Below the pieces are notes generated by a model. That model saw nothing but the letters and a program-made list of their open reading frames with translations. It was not told the DNA's origin and ran no database searches. A DNA stretch of 64,000 nucleotides, taken from the NCBI GenBank assembly GCA_947259215.1, contig CAMYLJ010000017.1, positions 67,878-131,877 of the forward strand. Direction: 5' to 3'. The DNA comes from an uncultured delta proteobacterium. GTDB lineage: Bacteria > Myxococcota_A > UBA9160 > JAFDET01. Position numbers and translations under genes: made by a program. This document shows, in pieces, positions 56,275 to 64,000 of this stretch (position 1 is its first letter; each line of letters starts with the position of its first letter).

Positions 56275-59200
56275 GAACCTGATCCTGCGGCGCACGGACC
56301 TGGCCATCGACACGCGCCTCGGCGGCTACCGCCTGGACGCCACCTGGAACGACGCCGACGGGGGCTGGCACTGGGCCTTCGAGATGCACTACGACGGTGC
56401 GCTCTTCGTGGACGATACCGGTGCGCGTCACGACCTGGCGGACCTCGCAGCGGGCGATGCGATCCCCGGCACCTGGTGGGTGCGGATCGACGCCGCGAGT
56501 CTCAAGACCAAGGGCGGCCTCGTGCACGAGTTCGACCCGGCCGGACGCCTGGCGGCGGTGCGCTGGGCCAGCGCCAGCTACCCGCGCGTGCGCTACGTCG
56601 GCGCCCTCGTCGCGGGGGCGACCCGCACCGTGGCGGTCGAGCAGTGCACGTCCGCCAGCGCCTGCGCGGCGATCTTCGACCTTGCGTACGACGGCGCCGG
56701 GCGGCTGGTGGCCGTCGACGACCGGGCCGGCCGGCGTGCCGAGTTCGCCTGGGACGCCGCGGGCCAGCTCGCGAGCGCGCGGGACGGGCTCGACGTCGCC
56801 CGGGGCTGGCCCGGGCAGCGCTACACCTACGCGGCCGGGAAGCTCGCCAGCGTCACGAACTCCGAGGGGGAGCGCATCGAGTACCTGCGGACGTCGGGTC
56901 AGCTCGTGGCGCGCCAGATCGGCGCGGGCGATCCCGAGCACCGGATCCGGCGCCTGCCCCCCGTCGGGCCCCTCCTGCACACGGAGGCCGTCGATCCCCT
57001 GGGCCAGCGCACCCTCTACCGCTTCGACCGCGAGCGGCGGATCCGGGAGGTGGAGCGCGAAGCGGTGGGCGAGCTCACGCGCTTCGTGTGGGCGGGCCGC
57101 CGGATCGCGGAATGGCATCGGCCCGATGGGACGATCGTGCTGCGCAGCTACCTCGGCGACGACGTGACGCTCGAGACGCGGCCCTCCGGCAACCAGCTCG
57201 TGTACCAGTACGCCCCGGACGCGGTGGACCGCGGCGCGCCGCTGCGGCGCCCGCTGGCGCGCCTCGACGACAGCCTGGGGCTGGTGGAGCGGCGCGCCTA
57301 CGATGCCAGCGGTCGCCTCGTGGAGGTCGCCAACGGCGCGGACGAGGTCACGCGCTTCAGCTACGCCGCCGACCAGAGCATCGCCACGCGAACCTCCCCA
57401 GCCGGCATCGTCACGAGCTTCTCCCAGGTGGGCGAGCACGGACACCCGACGCACATCAGCACAGACGGCAGCACCCGCGTGCGCGTCTACGACGCGGTCG
57501 GAAACCTGCTGGAGTTCGGCGACGGCGAGGTGGACCTGGGCGGGGTGACGGCCCGCAGCTACGACGAGGACCGCAACGTCATGGGACTGATGCTGGCCGG
57601 CCAGTGGTCCTTCGAGCAGCTGCCTGCCGAGAGCCTGCTGGTGGAGCACCGCAGCGACGGTCAGGTCGAGCGGATCCTGCGCCCGGGGGGTGCGGACGTG
57701 GAGCACGTTCGCGACGCGCTGGGTCGGATCGTCGAGAGCCGGGAGCGCAGCGACGGCGTCTGGCGCACGACCCGCTTCGAGCTCGACGCGCTGGGGCGTG
57801 TCAGCGCGGTCGAGAAGCCGAACGGCATGCGCGAAGAGCGCGATCTCGACGCGCTGGGGCGGCTGGTGGAGCGCCGCCTGGGCCGCGGCTCGCCGCTCCA
57901 GGTGGAGACGAGCGCTTATCTCACCTGGCAGGACGGGCGCGTGGTGCGCGTGGACCACGACGCCGATCCGGACCCCGAAGAGCTCTTCTACGACGCGGCG
58001 GGCCGCATCGCGACGGTGCAGTACCCCGACGGTGAGATCCTGAGCCTCGCCTGGGACGAGCGCAACCGGCTGGTGGCGGCGGTGCCCGCCGACCCGGCGA
58101 CCGGGTTCGCGCGCAGCCTGGGCTTCGGCTACGACGGAGCGGATCGAGAGGTGGCCGTCGTGGATGAGGGAACGCCCGTGGTGACGCGCAGCTACGCCGA
58201 CGGCCGGCTGGTGGAGACCCGCAGCGGCAACGGCGTGGTGCGGAGCTACGGCTACGACCCGGACAGCGGGGGCTATCGCAGCGCCGTGGCGGTCGACGCC
58301 GCGGGAAACGTCATCGAGACCAGCGACGTCGGTTCGGACTGCCCGCCCTTCTTCGGAATGGGCGGCTGCTACGAGATGCACACCGAGAGCTTCGGGGCGC
58401 TCGCGCAGCTGACGCACGAGGAGTACTACTTCGGGCCCGACGAGGTGTACCCGGTGGCGCCCCCGTCCCTCGCGGGTCAGCGCATCGCCGTCGACTACAG
58501 CGGCAACGTCTTCGACTACGACGCCAAGAGCAACGTGACGACAAGACTGCTCGGCGGGGCGCCCGCGACCTTCGTCTACGACCCGGAGGGCACGCGGCTC
58601 CTGCGGATCGAGGACGACAGCGGGGGCGTCGTGCACGACTACGTCTACGACGAGGCGGGCTACGTGGTGCGCCGGGACGGGGTCGATCTCGTCTGGGACG
58701 GCGGCGGCCGCATCGCGGCCCTCGGATCGATGGCGAGCTTCACGTGGGATGCGCTGGATCGCCCGCGGGTCTCGAGCGTGGCCGGCATCGCCGTGCATCG
58801 CCGCTTCGGGGGGATCCTGGAGACCGATGCGCTCGGCCTGGCCCGGGCGCTCGATCTCGGCGAGGTGCGCATCGATCTATCCAGCGGGACGCGGCGCTAC
58901 CGCCATCTGGACCCGCGCGGGAACGTGAAGCTCGAGACCGACGACGCGGGGCAGGTGGTCGCCCACGTCGGCTACTCGACCTACGGCGTGGAGCAGGAGT
59001 GGGGCCAGGTCCTGGAGGGACCGCGCTTCGCCCGCGGCCGCGAGGTCCTCGACGGGCTCGTGCTGCTGGGACAGCGCCTCTACGACCCCGACGCCGCGCG
59101 CTTCCTGGCGCCGGACCCGATCCCCCAGCTCGTGAACGCCCACGCCTACACCCTGGGCAACCCGCTCTGGTACTGGGACCCGACGGGCTTCGAGGGCACC

Positions 59201-59674
59201 CTGAACGGACTGACGGCGCAGCAGTGGGCAGCCTCGGCTGCCTTCACCAGCGCCTGGGCGGCGGCCAACCGGAACGTGCCCGTGGCCGTCGGCTTTGGCC
59301 TGCTCGCCGCGACGTTCGAGGTCATCGCGGCGGCCGGCGGATTTCCGTGGGAGGGAGACCGTCTGAGCTGGGGGGGCCAGCCGCCGGGCGAGGAGCCGCC
59401 GGCGGCGCCGGACCCGAGTCCGGAAGATCCCCCCCCTCCCGCGGTGTTGCAGTCCGAAGGCCCCTCGCCATTCAAGGCGTACGCCGGCCCTCCGCGCGCC
59501 GTCGGCTCCGCCGAGGCTCCGTCGTACTGCCACGGCACCCTGGGCGAGAGCGGAGTCGATCTCAACGCGAGGGTACTGGCCCCAGTGGTCGTCACGAACG
59601 CGTTGCTCGCGCTGGTTGCGCTGCTCGTCGGTCGGCAGGACCGAGGGCGCCGATGTCCGGACAGGAGGAGGTGA
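56099..59674 (+). CDS. RHS/YD-repeat protein with a signal/lipobox-like N-terminus and a membrane-helix C-terminal region
   Basis: Many YD repeats (YDGAGRLVAVDD, YDASGRLVEVAN, FYDAAGRIATVQYPDG, YVYDEAGYVVRRDG). The core ends RLYDPDAARFLAPDPI...WYWDPTGF (59177-59191). The start is GTG 56099 or ATG 56144 (MALAALVAGTC). Confidence 0.85.
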   Translation: MNARSWRAVEGSILGMALAALVAGTCQPAQPLAPLAGVVEYRAPGLVRLPGGLYDVAAENLILRRTDLAIDTRLGGYRLDATWNDADGGWHWAFEMHYDGALFVDDTGARHDLADLAAGDAIPGTWWVRIDAASLKTKGGLVHEFDPAGRLAAVRWASASYPRVRYVGALVAGATRTVAVEQCTSASACAAIFDLAYDGAGRLVAVDDRAGRRAEFAWDAAGQLASARDGLDVARGWPGQRYTYAAGKLASVTNSEGERIEYLRTSGQLVARQIGAGDPEHRIRRLPPVGPLLHTEAVDPLGQRTLYRFDRERRIREVEREAVGELTRFVWAGRRIAEWHRPDGTIVLRSYLGDDVTLETRPSGNQLVYQYAPDAVDRGAPLRRPLARLDDSLGLVERRAYDASGRLVEVANGADEVTRFSYAADQSIATRTSPAGIVTSFSQVGEHGHPTHISTDGSTRVRVYDAVGNLLEFGDGEVDLGGVTARSYDEDRNVMGLMLAGQWSFEQLPAESLLVEHRSDGQVERILRPGGADVEHVRDALGRIVESRERSDGVWRTTRFELDALGRVSAVEKPNGMREERDLDALGRLVERRLGRGSPLQVETSAYLTWQDGRVVRVDHDADPDPEELFYDAAGRIATVQYPDGEILSLAWDERNRLVAAVPADPATGFARSLGFGYDGADREVAVVDEGTPVVTRSYADGRLVETRSGNGVVRSYGYDPDSGGYRSAVAVDAAGNVIETSDVGSDCPPFFGMGGCYEMHTESFGALAQLTHEEYYFGPDEVYPVAPPSLAGQRIAVDYSGNVFDYDAKSNVTTRLLGGAPATFVYDPEGTRLLRIEDDSGGVVHDYVYDEAGYVVRRDGVDLVWDGGGRIAALGSMASFTWDALDRPRVSSVAGIAVHRRFGGILETDALGLARALDLGEVRIDLSSGTRRYRHLDPRGNVKLETDDAGQVVAHVGYSTYGVEQEWGQVLEGPRFARGREVLDGLVLLGQRLYDPDAARFLAPDPIPQLVNAHAYTLGNPLWYWDPTGFEGTLNGLTAQQWAASAAFTSAWAAANRNVPVAVGFGLLAATFEVIAAAGGFPWEGDRLSWGGQPPGEEPPAAPDPSPEDPPPPAVLQSEGPSPFKAYAGPPRAVGSAEAPSYCHGTLGESGVDLNARVLAPVVVTNALLALVALLVGRQDRGRRCPDRRR

Positions 59675-59677
59675 AGC

Positions 59678-59971
59678 ATGCGGGAGCCGGTCGAACCCGT
59701 CACGAGCGTGGAGAGCAGGTCGGAGCGTTGGGTCCTCGGCGCAGGTCGCCGTTCGCGCGGTCGCAGCGCGACGATCTCGATCGCGATCCTCGCCGCCGTG
59801 AGCGGACTCATGCTCGTCATCGCGGTCGTCCAGCGCGACGCGCTGTCGCTCGTGATGTCTGCCCTGTTCATGCTGATCGGCGTGCTCACCTTCGAACGTC
59901 GCGTGTTCGACCGCATCGTCCGCCGCCAGGCCGCGGAGATCGCCCACCTCCGGGGCGGGGGAGGTGACTGA
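59678..59971 (+). CDS. Small 2-TM membrane protein (97 aa) in the immunity-gene position
   Basis: ATG lies 3 nt after the RHS stop, behind AGGAGGAGG. TM helices are ISIAILAAVSGLMLVIAVV and LVMSALFMLIGVLTF. Confidence 0.7.
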   Translation: MREPVEPVTSVESRSERWVLGAGRRSRGRSATISIAILAAVSGLMLVIAVVQRDALSLVMSALFMLIGVLTFERRVFDRIVRRQAAEIAHLRGGGGD

Positions 59972-60560
59972 GCTCCAGCGGGCAACGCTGCTGCTGCTGG
60001 CGGTGCAGACGATCCTGGTCGCCGGCCGGCTGGCGGCCGACGCGTCGGGGATCTCGAGCGCCGTCGCGGCCGCGAGCGGCGCCGGGCTCCTCGCCGCGAC
60101 GCGCCGCCGGGGCCCGCGACTCACCGGGCCCGGTGGCGTGCGGGTGGCCGCCCTCGGGGTGGCGGCAGGGCTGGCGGGGTTCCCGGTCTGCGTCGCCGCG
60201 ATCGCAGCGGTGGGGCTTGGGCTCGGCCTGCGGCTCCCGGCTCCCGAGGCGCTGGCGCACCCCCCTCCGGCTGTCTGGCTGGCGGCCCTCGGGATCGCGC
60301 CCTTCCTGGAGGAGGCGCTATTCCGGGAGCGGCTCCTGCTGGCCCTGCGGGGCCCGCTCGGCCCCGGGTCCGCCGTCCTGATCCAGGGCGCGTGCTTCGC
60401 CGCCCTCCACGGGGGGCACGCCTGGAGCCTGCTCGGGACGTTCCTGGTGGGCCTGCTCCTCGGCGCTGTGGCGCTCGCCACGCGCTCGCTGGCCCTCTGC
60501 GCCGGCCTGCACGCAGGGCTCAACGCGGCCGCCTGGGCACTTCTCCAGCAGTTTCGCTGA
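59964..60560 (+). CDS. CPBP-family (CAAX/Rce1-like, Abi) glutamic intramembrane protease
   Basis: Motifs EEALFRE, FAALHGGH and HAGLNAA occur in the canonical order. The GTG start overlaps the previous ORF by 8 nt. Confidence 0.8.
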   Translation: MTELQRATLLLLAVQTILVAGRLAADASGISSAVAAASGAGLLAATRRRGPRLTGPGGVRVAALGVAAGLAGFPVCVAAIAAVGLGLGLRLPAPEALAHPPPAVWLAALGIAPFLEEALFRERLLLALRGPLGPGSAVLIQGACFAALHGGHAWSLLGTFLVGLLLGAVALATRSLALCAGLHAGLNAAAWALLQQFR

Positions 60561-60669
60561 GTTCGGGTTCTCAGAGTGGGTTCGTCGGTGGTTTTCCCGA
60601 CGCTTCGGTGACGGAAGGGGTTAGAATTGCTGTGCTTTCGAATCCCTGGGCCGCTGGAGGTTGCCGCTG

Positions 60670-63600
60670 ATGACGTCTCGATTCACTCGCCCCGCACTCT
60701 TCCTCATCCTGTTCGGCCTCCTCGGTCTCGGCGCGAATTGTGGGCCCAACGTGACGTGGGTCTTCCCCGTCACCGGGAGCGCGGTCACGACCTTCCGCTT
60801 CCAGGCCGAGCTGACCGTGGGCGACGCCGACCTCGACCCCGCCAGCGCCGAAGTGATCCTCAACGGCGTCGCCGTGCCCTTCACGCTGGCCGGCGGCTCG
60901 ATCCTGGTCTCGATCGACCCGGGCCCCCCGCTGCTCGAGCAGAACGAGCTCGTCGCCCGCGTGCCCTTCCAGACGAACGGCGCGATCACCGCGACCACCG
61001 TCTTCAGCTACGAGCCCCCGGGCAAAGCGCGCGCCTTCGAGATCAGCGACCCCGCGGATCTCCTGACCGGCCCGCTGGCCCACAACCGGATCGGGGACTA
61101 CCAGCTCACCAATGACGTGGCGCGCTTCGTCGTGCAGCGCGCCCTCGTGCGCGACCTGCACAGCGTGGGCCAATTCGGAGGCAACCTGATCGACGCCGAG
61201 CTGCGGGCGAACCCCGGCTCCGACAACTTCTTCGAGATGGCGCCGTCGGTCAACATCGAGACGGTCGTGAACCCCACCAGCATCACGATCCTGAACGACG
61301 GTGCGGACGGGACGGCGGCCATCGTCGAGGCCTGCGGCCCGGACGACCTGATCGACTACATCAACGCCTCGACCCAGGTGGCTCAGTTCGGGGTCACGCT
61401 GCCGGACGGCATCGACGACCAGGACTACGACGTCACCGGCTGCACCCAGTACGTGCTCGAGCCCCGGATGCCCGGCGAGCCCGGCAATCGGGTGTCCATC
61501 ACCACCACGATCACCAACCACGAGACGCAGTTCGTGGACCTGTTTCCGGGTGACTACCTGAACGGCATGGGAGAGCTCGAGCAGTACACGCGCCTCGATC
61601 CCACGAGCAGCATGTTCTTCGACGCCGGCATCGGCGAGCTGACGGCCATTCCCGGGCTGCGTTCCTTCAGCTACTTCGGCTTCGGTCAGGCCACGGGTGT
61701 CTCCTACGGCCGCATCGGGCTGCCGGTCCCCACGTCGCCCTTCGCGGACTCGAGCTTCAGCACCTCCGGCGTCTCCTTCGTGCTGACGGCCAACTCCGTC
61801 ACCAACGTGCTGCTTCCTGGAGATGATCCGCCGACCCTGTCCATCCCGCCTGGCGGGAGCGAGGGCTTCAGCAGGGTCTTCGTGGTGGGCGACGGCGACC
61901 TGGCCGACGTGGTGGAGGCCCAGCTCGACGTCTCCGGGACTCCCCAGGGCACCGTGTCGGGCTGCGTGTTCGTCGATCCCGCCAGTCCGACGCCGGCCCC
62001 CGGCGCCCGGGTGACGGTGGGCGAGCTCAACGCGGGCCAGATCGGAGAGGTCGTGTCCGGCTGGGTGGCCCGTTCCGACGGCTGCTTCTCCGGGAACGTG
62101 CCCGTCGGCACCTGGGGCCTGTCCGCGGCCCGCGACGGAACACCCTACGAGGGAGGAGCCACCACCCCGGTGGTCCACACCATCGTCGTCAGCGACGGCG
62201 GCAGCGTCGCCCAGGACGTGATCCTGGACGCCACGGGCGGCCTCCAGGTGGGCGTCACGGACGGCAGCGGCAGCCCGATCCCCGCCCGCGTCACGGTCGT
62301 GGGCTTCGACCCGAGCCCGGAGCCGGTCATCACCTTCAACTTCCTGGGCTTCTTCATCGACGACGGCGGCACCTTCAACGACATCACCAAGGATCCGCTG
62401 CCGTACGGCATCGCCGCGGCCAAGTACACCGGCGCGGACGGCTCCGTCGCCTTCGACCTCGAGCCCGGCGACTACCAGGTGCTGGTCTCCCGGGGTACGG
62501 AGTACTCGATCTACGAGCAGCTGGTGACGGTCGCGGCGAACACCGTCACCCCGGTGACTGCCCGCATCGCCCGGGTCCTCGACACGCCGGGCTTCGTCTC
62601 GTCGGACTTCCACGTCCACTCGATCAACAGCCCGGACTCCCGCATCAGCCTGCGGAACCGGGTCGAGGGGTTCGCGGGCGAGGGCGTGGAGAACTTCGTC
62701 TCCACGGACCACGACGCCCGCACGGATCCCGACGCGACGATCGAGGAGGAGGATCTGGTGGCCCATCTGGCCGGCACCATCGGCGAGGAGATCACCACCT
62801 TCGACACCGGTCACTACAACGGCTACCCGCTCGGGATCGAGCCGCTGCGTCCCTCCCGCGGCTCCACCGACTGGGGGCGGGCTGAGCTGCCGGGGCGGGA
62901 CTTCCCCTCCTACGGGGCGTACATCCGCACGCCGGCGGAGATCCACGCCGAGGTGCTGAACCAGCTCGACGAGGACGGGCTGCCGCTGAACACGTCGCCC
63001 GACGTCGTGGTCCAGATCAACCACATCGGCAGCCACTTCGTGCCCTTGAAGATCGACACCTCGCTCGAGCCGCCCCGCTCGTTCCTCGGCCCGGGCGAGC
63101 CGGAGGCGTTCCGGCTGGATCCCGCGGTGAGCAACTTCTTCCACCTGTTCCCGGCGCTCGAGCTGTGGAACGGCATGGACCGTGGCCACCAGGCCGAGTT
63201 CACGGACCAGCGGATCGGGATCTGGATGAACCTCCTGAACCAGGGCATGCCCAGCTCGTTCATCGCCGACACCGATACCCACACGTTCCTCAACCTGCGG
63301 CAAGCCGGCGCCCGCACCTGGACGGCCTCGCCGACGGATGCGCCCCGCGCGATCGATTCCGACGACGTCGGCGCTTCGGTGCTGGCGGGCCGCGCGACCG
63401 GAGGCCAGGGGATCTACCTGCAGGCGGCGCTGCGCGAGGCCGACGCGCCCGACAATCTCGCGGACCTCTCGTGGCAGGGCTCCACCACCCTCGTCACCGC
63501 CGGCGACGGCAACGTGGAGCTGGTGATCGACATCCAGGCGCCGCTGTGGGCGGAGTTCGACACCGTGGAGATCTACGCCAACGCCGCCACCCGCGTGGCG

Positions 63601-63990
63601 GGCACGAACGACGGGATCCCGGTGCAATTCAGCGCCGACCCGACGCAGACCCTGGTGGCGGGCAGCGACTTCAGCCTGCCGGCGCCCGTGGTGGTCGATC
63701 CGAGCGTGCCCGGCGCCGAGCGGCGCGAGCTGCAGCTCGTGGTGCCCTTCGCGCTCAGCCAGGACACCTGGTTCGTGGTGCTCGTGAAGGGCAGCGACGG
63801 GGTGTCGCAGCCCATGTTCCCCGTCTATGCCAGCGACCTCGACCCGGCGTCGAACCCGACCCTGGCCGACCTGCTGGACGGGAACCTGGGCCAGGGAGGC
63901 ACCATGGCCCTCGCTGCGACCAACGCCTTGTTTGCCGACGTCGACGGCAACCCGGGCTTCGACCCGCCGGGCGTGCAGCTCGCCCCCTGA
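60670..63990 (+). CDS. Large lipoprotein with a PHP/CehA-like metal-dependent phosphoesterase module
   Basis: Lipobox LGLGANC. DFHVHSINSPDS ... VSTDHD ... INHIG ... ADTDTH give the His/Asp metal-ligand pattern of PHP-type domains. Ig/CarboxypepD_reg-like stretches are present (GTVSGCVFVD..., GTWGLSAARDG). SD CTGGAGG, and a TAGAAT box at 60622-60627. Confidence 0.7.
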   Translation: MTSRFTRPALFLILFGLLGLGANCGPNVTWVFPVTGSAVTTFRFQAELTVGDADLDPASAEVILNGVAVPFTLAGGSILVSIDPGPPLLEQNELVARVPFQTNGAITATTVFSYEPPGKARAFEISDPADLLTGPLAHNRIGDYQLTNDVARFVVQRALVRDLHSVGQFGGNLIDAELRANPGSDNFFEMAPSVNIETVVNPTSITILNDGADGTAAIVEACGPDDLIDYINASTQVAQFGVTLPDGIDDQDYDVTGCTQYVLEPRMPGEPGNRVSITTTITNHETQFVDLFPGDYLNGMGELEQYTRLDPTSSMFFDAGIGELTAIPGLRSFSYFGFGQATGVSYGRIGLPVPTSPFADSSFSTSGVSFVLTANSVTNVLLPGDDPPTLSIPPGGSEGFSRVFVVGDGDLADVVEAQLDVSGTPQGTVSGCVFVDPASPTPAPGARVTVGELNAGQIGEVVSGWVARSDGCFSGNVPVGTWGLSAARDGTPYEGGATTPVVHTIVVSDGGSVAQDVILDATGGLQVGVTDGSGSPIPARVTVVGFDPSPEPVITFNFLGFFIDDGGTFNDITKDPLPYGIAAAKYTGADGSVAFDLEPGDYQVLVSRGTEYSIYEQLVTVAANTVTPVTARIARVLDTPGFVSSDFHVHSINSPDSRISLRNRVEGFAGEGVENFVSTDHDARTDPDATIEEEDLVAHLAGTIGEEITTFDTGHYNGYPLGIEPLRPSRGSTDWGRAELPGRDFPSYGAYIRTPAEIHAEVLNQLDEDGLPLNTSPDVVVQINHIGSHFVPLKIDTSLEPPRSFLGPGEPEAFRLDPAVSNFFHLFPALELWNGMDRGHQAEFTDQRIGIWMNLLNQGMPSSFIADTDTHTFLNLRQAGARTWTASPTDAPRAIDSDDVGASVLAGRATGGQGIYLQAALREADAPDNLADLSWQGSTTLVTAGDGNVELVIDIQAPLWAEFDTVEIYANAATRVAGTNDGIPVQFSADPTQTLVAGSDFSLPAPVVVDPSVPGAERRELQLVVPFALSQDTWFVVLVKGSDGVSQPMFPVYASDLDPASNPTLADLLDGNLGQGGTMALAATNALFADVDGNPGFDPPGVQLAP

Positions 63991-64000
63991 TCGGGAGCGG

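Noticed and set aside
60637-60645. TTCGAATCC, the consensus T-loop string, upstream of the PHP lipoprotein gene.
   Set aside because: The flanking bases cannot form a T-stem, and no cloverleaf can be drawn.

Overview
This is a very GC-rich bacterial chromosomal segment. Hand counts of single 60-nt lines give about 75-78% G+C in typical genes. I call about 61 protein-coding genes and one tRNA-Lys(CTT). I saw no rRNA, CRISPR array, transposase or integrase. All family assignments come from motif recognition by eye, with no searches run, and most long ORFs in the six-frame track are GC-driven artefacts.

Gene content from left to right:
- A BMP-family ABC transporter (3.3-7.8 kb).
- A secreted vWA protein, then the housekeeping run dnaQ-like / amidase / rph / rdgB.
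- An ECF sigma with an NrsF-type anti-sigma factor.
- A minus-strand operon VanZ-AbgT-acyl-CoA synthetase-CstA-SDR.
- A translationally coupled ATP-grasp / KamA radical-SAM aminomutase / MurJ / phosphodiesterase operon.
- A 1.1-kb low-GC orphan gene, then 5-oxoprolinase.
- A roughly 20-kb block after tRNA-Lys, dense in SDR, acyl-CoA dehydrogenase, LLM, P450, GST, crotonase and thioesterase genes.
- An RHS/YD-repeat locus (55.5-60.6 kb), followed by a 1,106-aa PHP-domain lipoprotein.

Most interesting candidates:
1. The RHS locus. A lipoprotein-type RHS protein has a post-DPTGF C-terminus that is not an enzyme. It consists of membrane helices ending in a TM helix plus an Arg cluster. It is tightly coupled to a 2-TM mini-protein and a CPBP/Rce1-like intramembrane protease, and is preceded by an Lgt-like membrane protein. 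This could be an unusual toxin/immunity cassette or a sorting-enzyme/substrate pair.
2. The ATP-grasp + KamA + MurJ + circularly arranged, frame-broken NPP phosphodiesterase operon.
3. A roughly 410-bp whole-intergenic quasi-palindrome (23687-24099) carrying mirrored TAGCNT-6 nt-ATG leaderless promoters. It belongs to a modular GC-rich repeat family also seen at 7.8 kb.
4. A recurrent TAGNNT -10 motif with many apparently leaderless genes.
5. The compositionally foreign orphan gene at 29.7-30.8 kb.
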